A stretch of 61,516 nucleotides of DNA, counting the filler, from Actinomycetota bacterium (GTDB taxonomy: Bacteria; Actinomycetota; Acidimicrobiia; IMCC26256; VFJJ01), in NCBI GenBank assembly GCA_009886115.1. It is 5 parts of 5 records of this genome, joined end to end, with 100 filler letters (N's around TTAATTAATTAA, not from the genome) between each part and the next. Parts side by side here need not be neighbours in the genome. Positions count along the whole stretch, not along the records: positions 28,150 to 49,243 come from VFJJ01000132.1; positions 49,344 to 54,572 come from VFJJ01000072.1; 3 more parts are not named here. The stretch is one strand, 5' to 3'. The notes under the pieces are model-generated. The model was given only the letters and a program-made list of their open reading frames with translations. It had not been told where the DNA came from and made no database searches. The translations under genes and the position numbers were made by a program. Below, one piece after another: positions 41,195 through 51,729 of the stretch; position 1 is the first letter of the stretch; the number at the start of each line of letters is the position of its first letter.

Positions 41195-41318
41195 CGACAC
41201 CTTCGCTCTCAGCAAGACCGACAGCGACAGCCTCGATGACCGCCGCCGGAGCAACGGTAGGTCGTGGCGGAACGACCCGTCCGGCTGCGGCCCCCTGTGC
41301 TCGGCCCGGCGCCAGCTC

Positions 41319-41771
41319 GTGGCCGACGCTGGCCCCATGCCCAACGGGGGCTTCGAGACCGGGAACCTCGCCGGCTGGAGCTCAACCGGCACCGCCTCGG
41401 CGCACGACACACCCCGAACCGGCTCCTGGACGGCGCTGGTGGGGGCCACGACCCCGACAAACGGCGATTCGAGCATCACCCAGGACTTCACCGTGCTCGC
41501 CGGGGCCACGACCCTGCGATTCTGGTACCGCCCCCGGTGCACCGGGGGGATCGCCAACGACTGGGCGACGGCCACCCTCACCAACCTGACCACGTCGGCG
41601 ACGACGACCATCCTCGCTCCGAACTGCACCAACACGACCACCTGGCAACCGGTGTCGGTCGCCTTGGCGCCCTACGCCGGCACTGTCGTCCGGCTCACAC
41701 TCGTCAACCACGACGACAACGCATCGACCACCGCGAACCGGACCCGTTTCGACGACGTGAGCGTGTCGTAG
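41319..41771 (+). CDS. Orphan carbohydrate-binding-like domain typical of C-termini of secreted actinobacterial peptidases; possibly a fragment
   Basis: NGGFETGNLAGW...DSSITQDF...FDDVSV; no signal peptide. Confidence 0.5.
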   Translation: MADAGPMPNGGFETGNLAGWSSTGTASAHDTPRTGSWTALVGATTPTNGDSSITQDFTVLAGATTLRFWYRPRCTGGIANDWATATLTNLTTSATTTILAPNCTNTTTWQPVSVALAPYAGTVVRLTLVNHDDNASTTANRTRFDDVSVS

Positions 41772-41914
41772 CGCCGTCCCGAACCCGGCGTCACCCACCT
41801 CGGAGCACCGCCACGACCCGAGAACGCCCCGTTCGGGCCGAATCTCGCACCCGAACGGAGTTGGCGACGCCCACAGGCCACCCTCAGCAGGCAGACTGAG
41901 CGCGTTCTCAGGAG

Positions 41915-42925
41915 GTGACCGCGGTGGCCGTGCCCAAGACTCGGACATCTCGTCGATGGAGGTTGGGGCTCGCCATGATCGCCGCTGCGAGCGTGCTCGG
42001 CTCGTGCGGCGATGCCAGCAACGACCCCGGGGCCGCGTCCCCCGAGACCACGCTCGTGCCCACGCGCACAGCTGCGACGTCGTCCACGAGCGCAGGTACC
42101 GTGGCAGCCCCGATCGAGACCGATTCGTCGCCGCCCGAGGCGACGACCCTGCCCGGTTCGGCCCCCGGCGCGCCCAACACCACGGCCACGCCCGACGCCA
42201 CCGCGAACGCCAGCGGCACCTTGGGCGAGACGGTGCCCGCGACGACCCCGCCGCCCGCGCCCGCGGCCGCCCCCGCAACCCGATCGGCCGCACCCCCGGG
42301 ACCGACGTCACCTGCTCCGGCGGCGCCGGGTTCCGGGCCCGCACCGCCACCCGCACCCGCGCCGCCGACGCTGACATGCCTCGTTCGCCTCCACGGCAAG
42401 GGTGGCGGCGGTGCTCCCGCCGCGGTCGACGGCAACGGCCTCACCGTCGTCAGCCCAGGCGGCAACGGCGAGGGCTGGGGGGGCCGCCAGTGGCTCTACT
42501 TCCCCGACGACCGCTACAGCGCGATGCGATCAGGCATCACTGCGGCGATCGACGGCGCAGGATGCGGGCGTGTGATCGTCAACGGCTTCTCCAACGGAGG
42601 TGCGGCTGCTGCCGAGCTCTATTGCCGCGGCGAGACGTTCGGAGGGCGCCTGCTCGGGGTGGTCATCGACGACCCGGTCCCCGACGCCAGCGCCAACGGC
42701 TGCCGGCCCGGGTCAGGTGTTCGCGGAGCGCTCTATTGGACGGGAGGCCTGGCCGGGACCGCCCAGCCCGGCTGGAACTGCGGTGACGGCGACTGGACGT
42801 GCGAGGGCGGAACCACCATCGGCATCGATGCCTATGCGGCCAACCTCGGCCTCGCCATCTCGCCGAGCATCCACGGAGACCACGAGCCCTACACCAACCC
42901 GCCGGAGCTCACCGCCTGGAGGTGA
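41915..42925 (+). CDS. Lipoprotein with a Pro/Thr linker and an alpha/beta-hydrolase domain
   Basis: AGGAGG RBS; lipobox VLGS-C; LHGKGG and GFSNG nucleophile motif. The true start may be the GTG a few codons downstream. Confidence 0.75.
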   Translation: MTAVAVPKTRTSRRWRLGLAMIAAASVLGSCGDASNDPGAASPETTLVPTRTAATSSTSAGTVAAPIETDSSPPEATTLPGSAPGAPNTTATPDATANASGTLGETVPATTPPPAPAAAPATRSAAPPGPTSPAPAAPGSGPAPPPAPAPPTLTCLVRLHGKGGGGAPAAVDGNGLTVVSPGGNGEGWGGRQWLYFPDDRYSAMRSGITAAIDGAGCGRVIVNGFSNGGAAAAELYCRGETFGGRLLGVVIDDPVPDASANGCRPGSGVRGALYWTGGLAGTAQPGWNCGDGDWTCEGGTTIGIDAYAANLGLAISPSIHGDHEPYTNPPELTAWR

Positions 42926-42956
42926 TCGCCCCTTGGGACACGGCCCCGCAGCACGT

Positions 42957-43394
42957 TCAGGCCGAGCGAGCCCCTGGTGCGACGGCGAGCTCCCACGGGA
43001 TCACGGCCACGTCCGACCACAGGCGTTCCAGGTCGTAGAAGCGACGGCTCTCGTCGAGGAAGACGTGCACCACGAAGTCGCCGTAGTCGACGAGCACCCA
43101 GGTGCCCTCCTTCAGGCCCTCGACCCGGTTCGGCTTGATCCCCTCCTGCTGGGCGAGCCGGAGCTCGATCTCCTCCGCGATGCTGCGCACCTGGCGAGGG
43201 TTCGTGGCGCTCGTGATCACGAAGGCGTCGGTGATCGACAGCACCGGCCCGACCTCGAGGATCACGGTGTCGACGCCCAACTTGTCGTCGGCCGCGCGGG
43301 CCGCGATCACGACTCGGCGGATGATCGTCGCCGTGGTCGCGGTGCTGACAGGGACGGCGCTGGAGAGGGCTCGCTGGACAGAAGTGTCGGCCAC
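42957..43394 (-). CDS. rsfS: Ribosome silencing factor
   Basis: AADDKLG, ITDAFVI, WVLVDYGDFVVHVF, FYDLERLW. Confidence 0.92.
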   Translation of the reverse strand: MADTSVQRALSSAVPVSTATTATIIRRVVIAARAADDKLGVDTVILEVGPVLSITDAFVITSATNPRQVRSIAEEIELRLAQQEGIKPNRVEGLKEGTWVLVDYGDFVVHVFLDESRRFYDLERLWSDVAVIPWELAVAPGARSA

Positions 43395-43515
43395 AGGCTT
43401 CCTTGATCGACGAGATCGGATACGACGCGTCACGCGTCTGCACCATTGTCGCAGGTCGCCGAGAGATTCCGGCAGCTCGGCCCGAGATCGGGGCCAAGCC
43501 CGCCCCGGCCCGCGA

Positions 43516-44088
43516 TCAGGTGAACAGGCCCCGGGCCCGAATCAGCTCGATGACGGGACCTGGTACCAGGCCCTCGACCGGGCGCCCCGAAGCCAGACGG
43601 GCGCGGAGATCGGTCGATGAGATGTCGAGCCAGGGGATGGTGATGGTGCGCCAACGCCAGCCCGTCGGGTCGGCCGGCTCGCCCGGATCACCGGCCCGGC
43701 TCACGACGATCAGCGTCGCCAGCTCCTGGCATCGGGCCACCTCGACCCAGGTTCCGGTGTTGCGCGCCGCGTCGGCCCCCAGCACCAGGAACAGCTCCCG
43801 CCCGGGAGCGGTGAGCGCCTGGAGCGTCTCATGGGTGTATGACGGCCGTCCGCGCTCGATCTCGAGGGCCGAGGCCTCGAGACCGTCGATCCCATCGACG
43901 GCCGCTCGAACCATGTCGAGACGGTCGATGGCCGACGCGACGACGTTCCCACGTTTTTGCCACTGATCGCCCGCCACCATCAACAGCACACGATCGAGAC
44001 CCACGTCGTGGCGGACCGTCGCCGCCGCGACGAGGTGCCCGACGTGGATCGGGTCGAACGTGCCCCCGAACACCCCGATCCGTTCCAC
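43516..44088 (-). CDS. nadD: Nicotinate-nucleotide adenylyltransferase
   Basis: FGGTFDPIHVGHL, LGAD, ISSTDLR; conserved nadD-rsfS order. Confidence 0.95.
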   Translation of the reverse strand: MERIGVFGGTFDPIHVGHLVAAATVRHDVGLDRVLLMVAGDQWQKRGNVVASAIDRLDMVRAAVDGIDGLEASALEIERGRPSYTHETLQALTAPGRELFLVLGADAARNTGTWVEVARCQELATLIVVSRAGDPGEPADPTGWRWRTITIPWLDISSTDLRARLASGRPVEGLVPGPVIELIRARGLFT

Positions 44089-44140
44089 GGCCCCTCACGC
44101 TACCGGTCGAACCGGCTCAGCTCGTCGACCGGCGAGCAGG

Positions 44141-45385
44141 TCACGGGATGGAATTGGCCACGACTGCATCGCGCTTCCACAACGGCCTGCTCCACCACCA
44201 ATAGAACACCGCCCACACCGCAGCCACGGCGGCGAACACCAACACGCCGGTCTCGGGGCTGAACACGGCCCCCAGCACGCCGGCACCGAGGAACGACACC
44301 GACAAGGTCGCGCTGGCCAGCGCGAAGTCGAGCGAGAGCACCCGCCCCATGAGCCGGTCGGGCGCGCTCACCTGGAGCCCGTACGTCGACATCACCCAGT
44401 TGGCGCCACCCCCGAAATGCGCGAGGGCCACGAACACGGCGGCCACGGCGATCGAGCCGGCCGCCGGAACGAGGCCATAGCCGATCCCGAACACCAAGGC
44501 GCAGATGGCGCACGCCGGCATGATCGCCCTGTTCCCCTTCCGCATGATCGGCGCTGCGGCCATGGGTCCGAGGAACGCGCCCACCCCGCGGGCCGCGAGC
44601 AGCGCGCCGATACCGCCGTCGCCCGTCCCGAAACCGTCGGTGGCGATCACCGCGAGCAGCCCCGCGACCCCGGCCGAGAGCCCCAGACCGAACTTGGCCA
44701 TGATGAGCTTCGAGAGTTGGACGTCGCCGCGGACGTGGCGCACGGCCTCGGTGAGCTCGCGGATGGGCTGCGCTCTCGGACGCTCACCGTGGGAGCTCGC
44801 CAGCGCGGGCTCGGTCCGAGACATCGGACGACGGATGCCGGCGATCAGCGCACCCGCGAGAGCGAACGACGCGACGTCGGCGAGGAACGCGGCGTCCCGT
44901 CCGAACGCCGCGGTGAACAACCCGCCGATGCCGGCGCCAGCAGCCAGCATGGTCCCCCAGGTCGACGACTGGAGGGCGTTGGCCGTCGGGAGATCGTCGG
45001 GCTCGACGAGGTGTGGGACGGCGGCACCGACCGCGGGGGCCACGAAGGCGCCGAGGAACGAGATCGCCGCCTGGGCCGCCAGGCCCAGGCCCACGCCGAC
45101 CGTTCCGGCCAGGAGGAACCCCGATGCGGCCACCACCTGCGCGGCACAGACGACCATCACCAGGCGACGCCGATCGTGGCGATCGGCGGCCGGGCCGGCG
45201 ATCGGCGTGGCGAACAGGCCGGGGAGCACCTGGGCGACGAAGACCGCGGCCGCCAGCACCTCCGACCCCGTCTCGTCGAGGATCAGCCCGATGAGCGCGA
45301 CGGTGGCGAACCAGTCACCGAGGTACGAGACGAGTTGAGCGAAGTAGAGCAACCTGAAGTCACGGTTTCGCCTGAGCAGTCCCAT
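44141..45385 (-). CDS. MFS transporter
   Basis: About 12 hydrophobic segments; GPAADRHDRRR motif A. Confidence 0.88.
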   Translation of the reverse strand: MGLLRRNRDFRLLYFAQLVSYLGDWFATVALIGLILDETGSEVLAAAVFVAQVLPGLFATPIAGPAADRHDRRRLVMVVCAAQVVAASGFLLAGTVGVGLGLAAQAAISFLGAFVAPAVGAAVPHLVEPDDLPTANALQSSTWGTMLAAGAGIGGLFTAAFGRDAAFLADVASFALAGALIAGIRRPMSRTEPALASSHGERPRAQPIRELTEAVRHVRGDVQLSKLIMAKFGLGLSAGVAGLLAVIATDGFGTGDGGIGALLAARGVGAFLGPMAAAPIMRKGNRAIMPACAICALVFGIGYGLVPAAGSIAVAAVFVALAHFGGGANWVMSTYGLQVSAPDRLMGRVLSLDFALASATLSVSFLGAGVLGAVFSPETGVLVFAAVAAVWAVFYWWWSRPLWKRDAVVANSIP

Positions 45386-45523
45386 CTGCGATCGAGGCTA
45401 CGACCAGCCCCCATGGCCGACCCGTTTCCGGGCAGTCCCTGCAGCCGTGACCGGCGGCACGCGAGTACCGGACCGTGACCGGCGTGTCACACAGTGGCAC
45501 CGTGCACCCGGTACCCTCCCCCC

Positions 45524-46249
45524 ATGCCCACGACAGCTTCCAACCTCGATGCGACGACCGACTCGAGCCGGCCGCCGACGGTGACCCCGGTCTTGATCCG
45601 GGTCTGGCTGAGCGATCGTCCCGGAGCGCTCGGCCAAGTCGCCTCCCGCATCGGCGCCGTGCGCGGCGACATCGTCTCGATCGACGTGCTCGAGCGGGGC
45701 GACGGGATCGCCATCGACGAGTTCGCAGTCGAGCTGGCTGATCCGGCCCTCATTCCCGTGCTCATCAGGGAGATCGAGGAGGTCGATGGAGCCTCGGTCG
45801 AGGAGGTCCGCCCGGTCGAGCGCTTCCCCGACGCCCATCTCGACGCGCTGCGCGCCGCCGCCCGGTTGTGTGAGACCCACTCGTCCGACGAGCTCGTCTC
45901 CACGCTCGTCAGCCATGTTCGCCGCGAGTTCACGGCCGACTGGACGGCACTGGTCCTTGGCCACGACGTGCTCTCGGCCAGCGGCGACGACGTACCGACC
46001 GGACGGGCGCTCCAGGCACTGGCCCTGGGGATCTCGGCGTCGCCTGCGGTCGTCGAGGGCGTCTCCGGGCCCGACGACCTCGCCGTGGCCACCCTCCCCT
46101 CTCGGGGCGCGACCGTGCTGGTCGGGCGCAACGGCCGGCCCTTCCGCCGCCTCGAACGCAGCCAGCTCATCGGGTTGGTGCGGATCGCCGACCGGGTCTG
46201 GAATCTCCTCGACGAACGCCACGAGACGCGAGTCGACACCTCGGCCTGA
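45524..46249 (+). CDS. ACT-domain protein
   Basis: RVWLSDRPGALGQVASRIG. Confidence 0.75.
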   Translation: MPTTASNLDATTDSSRPPTVTPVLIRVWLSDRPGALGQVASRIGAVRGDIVSIDVLERGDGIAIDEFAVELADPALIPVLIREIEEVDGASVEEVRPVERFPDAHLDALRAAARLCETHSSDELVSTLVSHVRREFTADWTALVLGHDVLSASGDDVPTGRALQALALGISASPAVVEGVSGPDDLAVATLPSRGATVLVGRNGRPFRRLERSQLIGLVRIADRVWNLLDERHETRVDTSA

Positions 46250-46273
46250 GCTCTCGAAGGCCCGACACTCGCC

Positions 46274-47794
46274 TCAGTGCTCGACGATGCGGGCCACGAA
46301 CTGCTCGAGCTGGCGCAGGTTCCGACACTCGTGGACGGCGTCGCAGAACCGGCCGTACTCGCTGACGATCGAGTCGCCGGAGTCCCAGTAGCCCCGCGGC
46401 TCAGGGTTGAGCCAGTAGACGTGACGGGCCCGCTTCGAGAGCTCACGCACGACCCACGATTGGGGCGCGTGGTAGTTGTTGCGGGCATCACCCAGGAACA
46501 GGATCGTGGTCTTGGGGCTCACCTGGCGGGCGAAACGCTCGTGGAACACCTCGAAGGCATGGCCGTAGTCGGAATGGCCGTCGACCCAGACCACGTCGGC
46601 TTCGGTGTTCACCTTGTACACGGCCTCGTTGATGTCGCCCGACTCCTCGAAGAACCGGGTGACCTCGTCGATGCCGTCGATGAACACGAACGAGCGCACC
46701 TTCGAGAACTGTGACGCCATGGTGTACACGAACATCAGGGTGAACCGGGCGAAGCTGGCCACCGATCCCGAGATGTCGGCCACGACCATGATCTCGGGCT
46801 TGGACGGGCGCGGGTGCTTGAACTTCGGATCGGCCGGTACGCCACCGTACGACAGCGACGCACGGACGGTCTTGCGGAAGTCGAGCGTGCCCCGGCGCCG
46901 ACGGCGGCGGCGCTGGGCCAGACGGGCGGCCATGGCCCGCGTGAGAGGCTCGATGGCCTTTTGGATCGCGGCCATCTCCTCACGCGAGGCGTGCATGAAG
47001 TCGACATCCTCGGGCAGAGGCTTGCGCAGCGTCTTGGCCAACGCCGCCGATCCCCGGTCCTCGACGAGCCGACGCCGGATCTCGGACTCGACGAGGTCGC
47101 GCAGCTTCTTCAGCCGGGCCTGGAGCTCCTCGTCGAAGAGGCGACGGTCGAGGTCTTCCTCGGGGTAGCGACCCCGGCTCTTCGACTGCTCCTGGAGTTG
47201 CTGCAGCAGCCCGTCGAAGTTGATCTGCCGCAGCGTGCGATACAGGTAATAGGTGCCCCCGACGGGGCGGCCCGGCTCCATGCCCGCGTAGAGCGAGACC
47301 GCGGCGGCAGCCAAGCGGCGCAAGGCATCGCGGTTGTCGGCCATGAGGGCCTCGAGCAGCATCTGGGCCAGCTCCTCGGCCGAGAGCTCCGTGAGGGCCC
47401 CTTCCCCCTCGGCCTGCTCGCCGTCACCGGCGGCATCGAGATCGGCCTCGTCGTCACCGGAGCCGTCCCCGGGACCGGGCTGGGCCAGCAGCCCGAAGTA
47501 GATGTCGAAGACGATCTCGAACGTCTTCCAATGCCGCTCGTGCTTGACCAGGGTCGACGCCAGCGCAGCCCGAAAGGCGTCGCGCTCGCCCATCGGGATG
47601 TGCTCGAGCGCGCGCATGGCATCGAGGTTCTCGGTCATCGAGACCGGCAGGCCGGCCGTGCGCAGCTCGTGGACGAAGCCCTGGAGCACGTCGAGCATCT
47701 CGGTCTCGGAATGCGCCAAGGCGAGCGGCTCGCTGGCCATCGTCGTGCTCTCCCTCAGCCCCTGGAGCCCGGCTGCGACCTGAGGCCAACGCAT
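46274..47794 (-). CDS. VWA domain CoxE-like protein
   Basis: DISGS (MIDAS), GDARNN, WLNPE; follows a MoxR ATPase. Confidence 0.88.
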   Translation of the reverse strand: MRWPQVAAGLQGLRESTTMASEPLALAHSETEMLDVLQGFVHELRTAGLPVSMTENLDAMRALEHIPMGERDAFRAALASTLVKHERHWKTFEIVFDIYFGLLAQPGPGDGSGDDEADLDAAGDGEQAEGEGALTELSAEELAQMLLEALMADNRDALRRLAAAAVSLYAGMEPGRPVGGTYYLYRTLRQINFDGLLQQLQEQSKSRGRYPEEDLDRRLFDEELQARLKKLRDLVESEIRRRLVEDRGSAALAKTLRKPLPEDVDFMHASREEMAAIQKAIEPLTRAMAARLAQRRRRRRRGTLDFRKTVRASLSYGGVPADPKFKHPRPSKPEIMVVADISGSVASFARFTLMFVYTMASQFSKVRSFVFIDGIDEVTRFFEESGDINEAVYKVNTEADVVWVDGHSDYGHAFEVFHERFARQVSPKTTILFLGDARNNYHAPQSWVVRELSKRARHVYWLNPEPRGYWDSGDSIVSEYGRFCDAVHECRNLRQLEQFVARIVEH

Positions 47795-47795
47795 C

Positions 47796-48683
47796 TCACG
47801 ACTTCTTGAGCCCTGACGGCGCGTTGAGCTCCTTGACGGCCTTGGTGATGTCGGCCTGGTACTTGAGCAACACGTGGAGGGTCTCGGTGATCGTGGCCGG
47901 GTCCAACGTGGTGTGACCGAGGTAGATGAGCGTGCGGGCCCAGTCGATGGTCTCCGAGATCGATGGAGCCTTCTTCAGGTCGATCTGGCGGATCGAACGC
48001 ACGACCCGGGCGATCTGCTCGGCGAGCGAGGCGTCGATCTCCGGGACCCGGACCCGCACGATCTCCTTCTCACGCTCGATGTCGGGATAGTCGATGTGGA
48101 GGAAGAGGCACCGACGCTTCAACGCTTCGGAGAGCTCTCGGGTGTTGTTGGAGGTCAAGATCACGATCGGACGGGTCGTGGCGCCCTCGATCGTGCCCAG
48201 CTCGGGGATCGACACCTGGAAGTCGGACAAGACCTCGAGCAGCAGGGCCTCGGTCTCGATCTCCACCCTGTCGACCTCGTCGATGAGCAGCACGACCGGC
48301 TCGGTCGAACGGATCGCTTCGAGGAGGGGTCGGGTCAGGAGGAACTCTTCGCTGAAGATGTCGGCCTCGAGATCCTTCCACGAGGCTTCGTGCTGACGGT
48401 CGGCCTGAATGCGAAGCAGCTGCTTCTTGTAGTTCCACTCGTAGAGCGCCTTCGACTCGTCGAGGCCCTCGTAGCACTGCAGGCGGATGAGGCGGCTCCC
48501 GGTGATCGCAGCGAGGGCCTTGGCCAGCTCGGTCTTGCCCACTCCGGCAGGACCTTCGACCAGGATCGGCTTCTCCAATCGGTCGGCGAGGAACGCCACG
48601 CTGCTGATCTGCGAGCTGGCCAGGTAGTCGACGGAGCGCAGGCGTGCCGTCACGTCGTCGATCGAGGTGAACCGCTCAGCCAT
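47796..48683 (-). CDS. MoxR-family AAA+ ATPase (CoxD-like)
   Basis: EGPAGVGKTELA, RLQCYEG, LLIDEVD, TSNNTRELSEALKRR. Confidence 0.92.
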   Translation of the reverse strand: MAERFTSIDDVTARLRSVDYLASSQISSVAFLADRLEKPILVEGPAGVGKTELAKALAAITGSRLIRLQCYEGLDESKALYEWNYKKQLLRIQADRQHEASWKDLEADIFSEEFLLTRPLLEAIRSTEPVVLLIDEVDRVEIETEALLLEVLSDFQVSIPELGTIEGATTRPIVILTSNNTRELSEALKRRCLFLHIDYPDIEREKEIVRVRVPEIDASLAEQIARVVRSIRQIDLKKAPSISETIDWARTLIYLGHTTLDPATITETLHVLLKYQADITKAVKELNAPSGLKKS

Positions 48684-48919
48684 CCGCTGCCTTTCGCCGG
48701 GTCAACCCGGGCACACTACGGGCGTATCCTCCTTTCGACGCAATCGAAGCAGGTCAACGCCCTGCGCCGTTGCGAGCCCCTAGGGGTCCTCCCCGATCCC
48801 CATGGTCGTCTACAGCGGGAGGGGGATGGTCCCGATGTATCGAACGCTCGCTCTTCGTATCGTCCTGACATCATCGTCGTGGTTCCCAACGAGGGCCACG
48901 CTCACAGGAGGAACCCCCA

Positions 48920-49243
48920 ATGGCTGCATTGTCAAGCTTGATCGAGATGCTCCAGGGCATCTTCTCCGATGAACAGGCCCGGGCCGCGTTCAACGCCGAC
49001 CCCGAAGCGTTCATGGAGGCCGCAGGATGCGGCGGTGCTCACCCGTCCGACGTGGCCGAGGCGGCCGAGATCGTCGCCGGCGAGTTCTCGGCCTTCGGCA
49101 CGTTCGCGCCGCAGGGCGGCAGCGGCATCGCCGACAGCCTCTTCGTCGACGCTCCTCCCGCGCCCGGCGGATCGGCGCCTTCAGCGCCCCCAGCGCCCCC
49201 AGCGCCCCCAGCGCCCCCAGCGCCCCCAGCGCCTTCAGCGCCC
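48920..49243 (+). CDS. IniB N-terminal-like protein with a Pro/Ala repeat, truncated by the contig end
   Basis: AGGAGG RBS; SLIEMLQGIFSDEQARAAFNADPE...DV; 9-bp CAGCGCCCC repeats at about 49180-49243. Confidence 0.6.
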
Positions 49244-49343
49244 NNNNNNNNNNNNNNNNNNNNNNNNNNNNNNNNNNNNNNNNNNNNTTAATTAATTAAN
49301 NNNNNNNNNNNNNNNNNNNNNNNNNNNNNNNNNNNNNNNNNNN
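49244..49343. other. Artificial contig linker
   Basis: N-run with TTAATTAATTAA. Confidence 0.98.
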
Positions 49344-50566
49344 AGGCGCTCCTCGTGCACGACGCGACGGGTCTGCGCGAAGAGCTCGCGCAGCGCTGGA
49401 TCCCATGGCGTGTGCGGTACCGGGCGATCGTCGACGGGAAGCTCGACGCCTTCAGCTCGCGCTCGCTCGACGGCACGTTGGTAGTCGACGGCGTCCATGT
49501 GCCAGGGCGTGAGCCCCAGCGCCTGGAGCCGTCCGCAGATGGCGAGGCCGGCTGCGTCGAAGTCGCCGTGATAACGCAGGTGAGCGCCGGCTCCGATCAT
49601 CAGATCGAGCAGGGTGCGCACCGCTGTCGACGGGTTGCCGTTGGTCGACACCACAGCCTGGGCACTGCGACGTTGCGCGGCGAACTCGACGACACGGGGG
49701 TTCTCGACGACCAGCACGTCGGCTCCGGCCACCAGCTCCAACGGAGCGCTTCGCAACGCCAACTGCGACAGGTGGATCGGGATCCCGAGGGCGGTGGCCC
49801 CACTCACCAACGCGCCGAGCCCTGAAGGTGCCGGCGATGCCGCGACCGGGAGGGCCCAGGTGAGCACCGGAGCCGACGTGAGATCGAGGTGCACCCCGGC
49901 ATGCTCCCAGGCCTCGCGTCGTAGAGACGCCCGGTGCTCGTGTGCCAGGGCGCGTCCGACGGCGGCCTCCAGGCGGGTGCCACTGTCGAGGGCGTGGGCA
50001 TCTCCGAACAGGGTGGCCGCGAGGTCGACCCGGCTGATCGGCCTGGGTGAATCAGCCAGGCCGGCGCCGCCGGTCGTTGTGGCCCATGTGGTTTCGAGCC
50101 GGTCGAGCACGGCGCGGGCGGCGCTCAACAACTCGAGGGCCCCCGGCTCGTCGAGGCCGCGCAAGATCCCGGCTCGGATGATCTCGTCGATCCAGGCTCG
50201 AGCCCAGTCGTCGGACCACTGGGCGACCGTCGCCCGAGCCGCGTCGCGAGCGCGCCCGGCGATCGCGCGCTGCTGGCGTTGGCGTTGCGGTTCCTCGGAG
50301 ACCGGATGACCGAGGACGCCCAGCGCGTCGGCCAGGTTCGCGGCCACACCCAATCGGGCCAACGCCTGTTCGAGAACGCCGAGATCGACCGTGGCGCCCG
50401 GGGAACGGCCCAGCAGGCTGGTCAGCGTCAGACGGGCCGACGGCCCGAGCGGCGGCAGTCTCACACGGCCCAGCCCTTCGTACCCACGGCGTTCCAATCG
50501 GCGCGCGACCGTTGCCCAGAGCACGTCGAGCTCGGCGTCGAGCAATGACGACGGTGGTGCGCTCAC
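49344..50566 (-). CDS. jetD: TIGR02679-like (DUF3323+DUF2399) Toprim nuclease, Wadjet II JetD-like; 3' end cut
   Basis: GDAHALD, VVENP, TNGNPS, YHGDFDAAG. Confidence 0.82.
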
Positions 50567-51729
50567 CAGAGCGTCTCCTGCTCGGACGGGTCGGCGTCGG
50601 GTGCAGCCCGGGGCACGGACCGAAAGCGCGACGCCCCCGGGAGGATCCGTACCACCCGCCGATCGCCGTGCTCGTCACGAGCGATGTCGACCACCTCGGT
50701 GATCTCGGCGAGGCGGTGGTCGATGAGCAGGTCGAGCACCTGGCGGGTGAGCCGCTCGGGGGATGCCACGAGATCGCCGGCCCACCCGGCGGCGTGGCCC
50801 TCGGCCAGCCGGGACACGGCGTCGACCACGGCGCGGTAGGGGTGATAACTGCCCGATTCGGTGTAGGCCAGCTCATCGACCAGCAGCAGGGCGGCGTGAC
50901 CGACCGTACCGGTGCTGGGGAACCGGCGATGCGACAGTGCGCCCGACGGGTCGATCGCCGCCACGCCTTCGGCCCGAGCCTCGACGACGAGGCCGAGCAT
51001 CTCGTCGAGCAGACGCTCCTCGTCGCCCAGGCGTCGACGGAGCTCGTCCCATTCGTCGTCGGTCAGGTCGGGGCGGTAGATGACCGGTGTCTCGACGAGC
51101 CGGCAGCGCAGCCACTGGCGGGTGGTGCTGCGCCGCTCGGAGCGGGCCACGAGCTCGCCAGCGTCGGCCGCGCCCACCAGGGCCGGCAGCGCCAGGAGGA
51201 CGATGCGATCGGGCCGGACCCTGAGCACGGCGTCAGCGTCGTCGTCGGTGGCGTAGGCATCGACCTGGGCGTGCAGCTCGCTGGCCAGGCCGTGGTCGAT
51301 CATCCACCGCAGGACGGCCACCAGGGCTCGCCGCTCGGCGGAATCTCCGACGAGGACGATCTCGGCTTCGGCGGCCGCCGATCGCACCTGATCCACCAGG
51401 TCACGCAGGCTGATCACGGCCGGTCCCGCGGCCGTGCTCGCGAGCACGAGGGCCAGCAGCACGTGCTCGAGCTGGTGCAGTGCCCGTCCGCTTTCGGTGC
51501 GCAGCGGCTGGCGCTCTATGAGCACCCCGGACTTGAACAGCCGGGCCGTGTCGGCGTCGACGTGCAGGCGGTAGCCGAGCCGTTGGGTGAACCAGCGGTC
51601 GAGCTCGACCTCGTGGCGGCGGATCAGCCGGAAGACCTCGGGATCGTGCTCGGCGCACGTCAAAGGCTCTTGGACGAGTTGCCGCATCGCCTGGCGGCGC
51701 TCGGCTGCGGCGTGCGGATCGTCGCTCAC
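50563..51729 (-). CDS. jetB: TIGR02678-like (DUF2398), JetB-like
   Basis: WFTQRLGYRL...ARLFK, RRALVAVLRW, LVETPVIY, EARAEG; GTGA-coupled to both neighbours. Confidence 0.78.
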   Translation of the reverse strand: MSDDPHAAAERRQAMRQLVQEPLTCAEHDPEVFRLIRRHEVELDRWFTQRLGYRLHVDADTARLFKSGVLIERQPLRTESGRALHQLEHVLLALVLASTAAGPAVISLRDLVDQVRSAAAEAEIVLVGDSAERRALVAVLRWMIDHGLASELHAQVDAYATDDDADAVLRVRPDRIVLLALPALVGAADAGELVARSERRSTTRQWLRCRLVETPVIYRPDLTDDEWDELRRRLGDEERLLDEMLGLVVEARAEGVAAIDPSGALSHRRFPSTGTVGHAALLLVDELAYTESGSYHPYRAVVDAVSRLAEGHAAGWAGDLVASPERLTRQVLDLLIDHRLAEITEVVDIARDEHGDRRVVRILPGASRFRSVPRAAPDADPSEQETLW

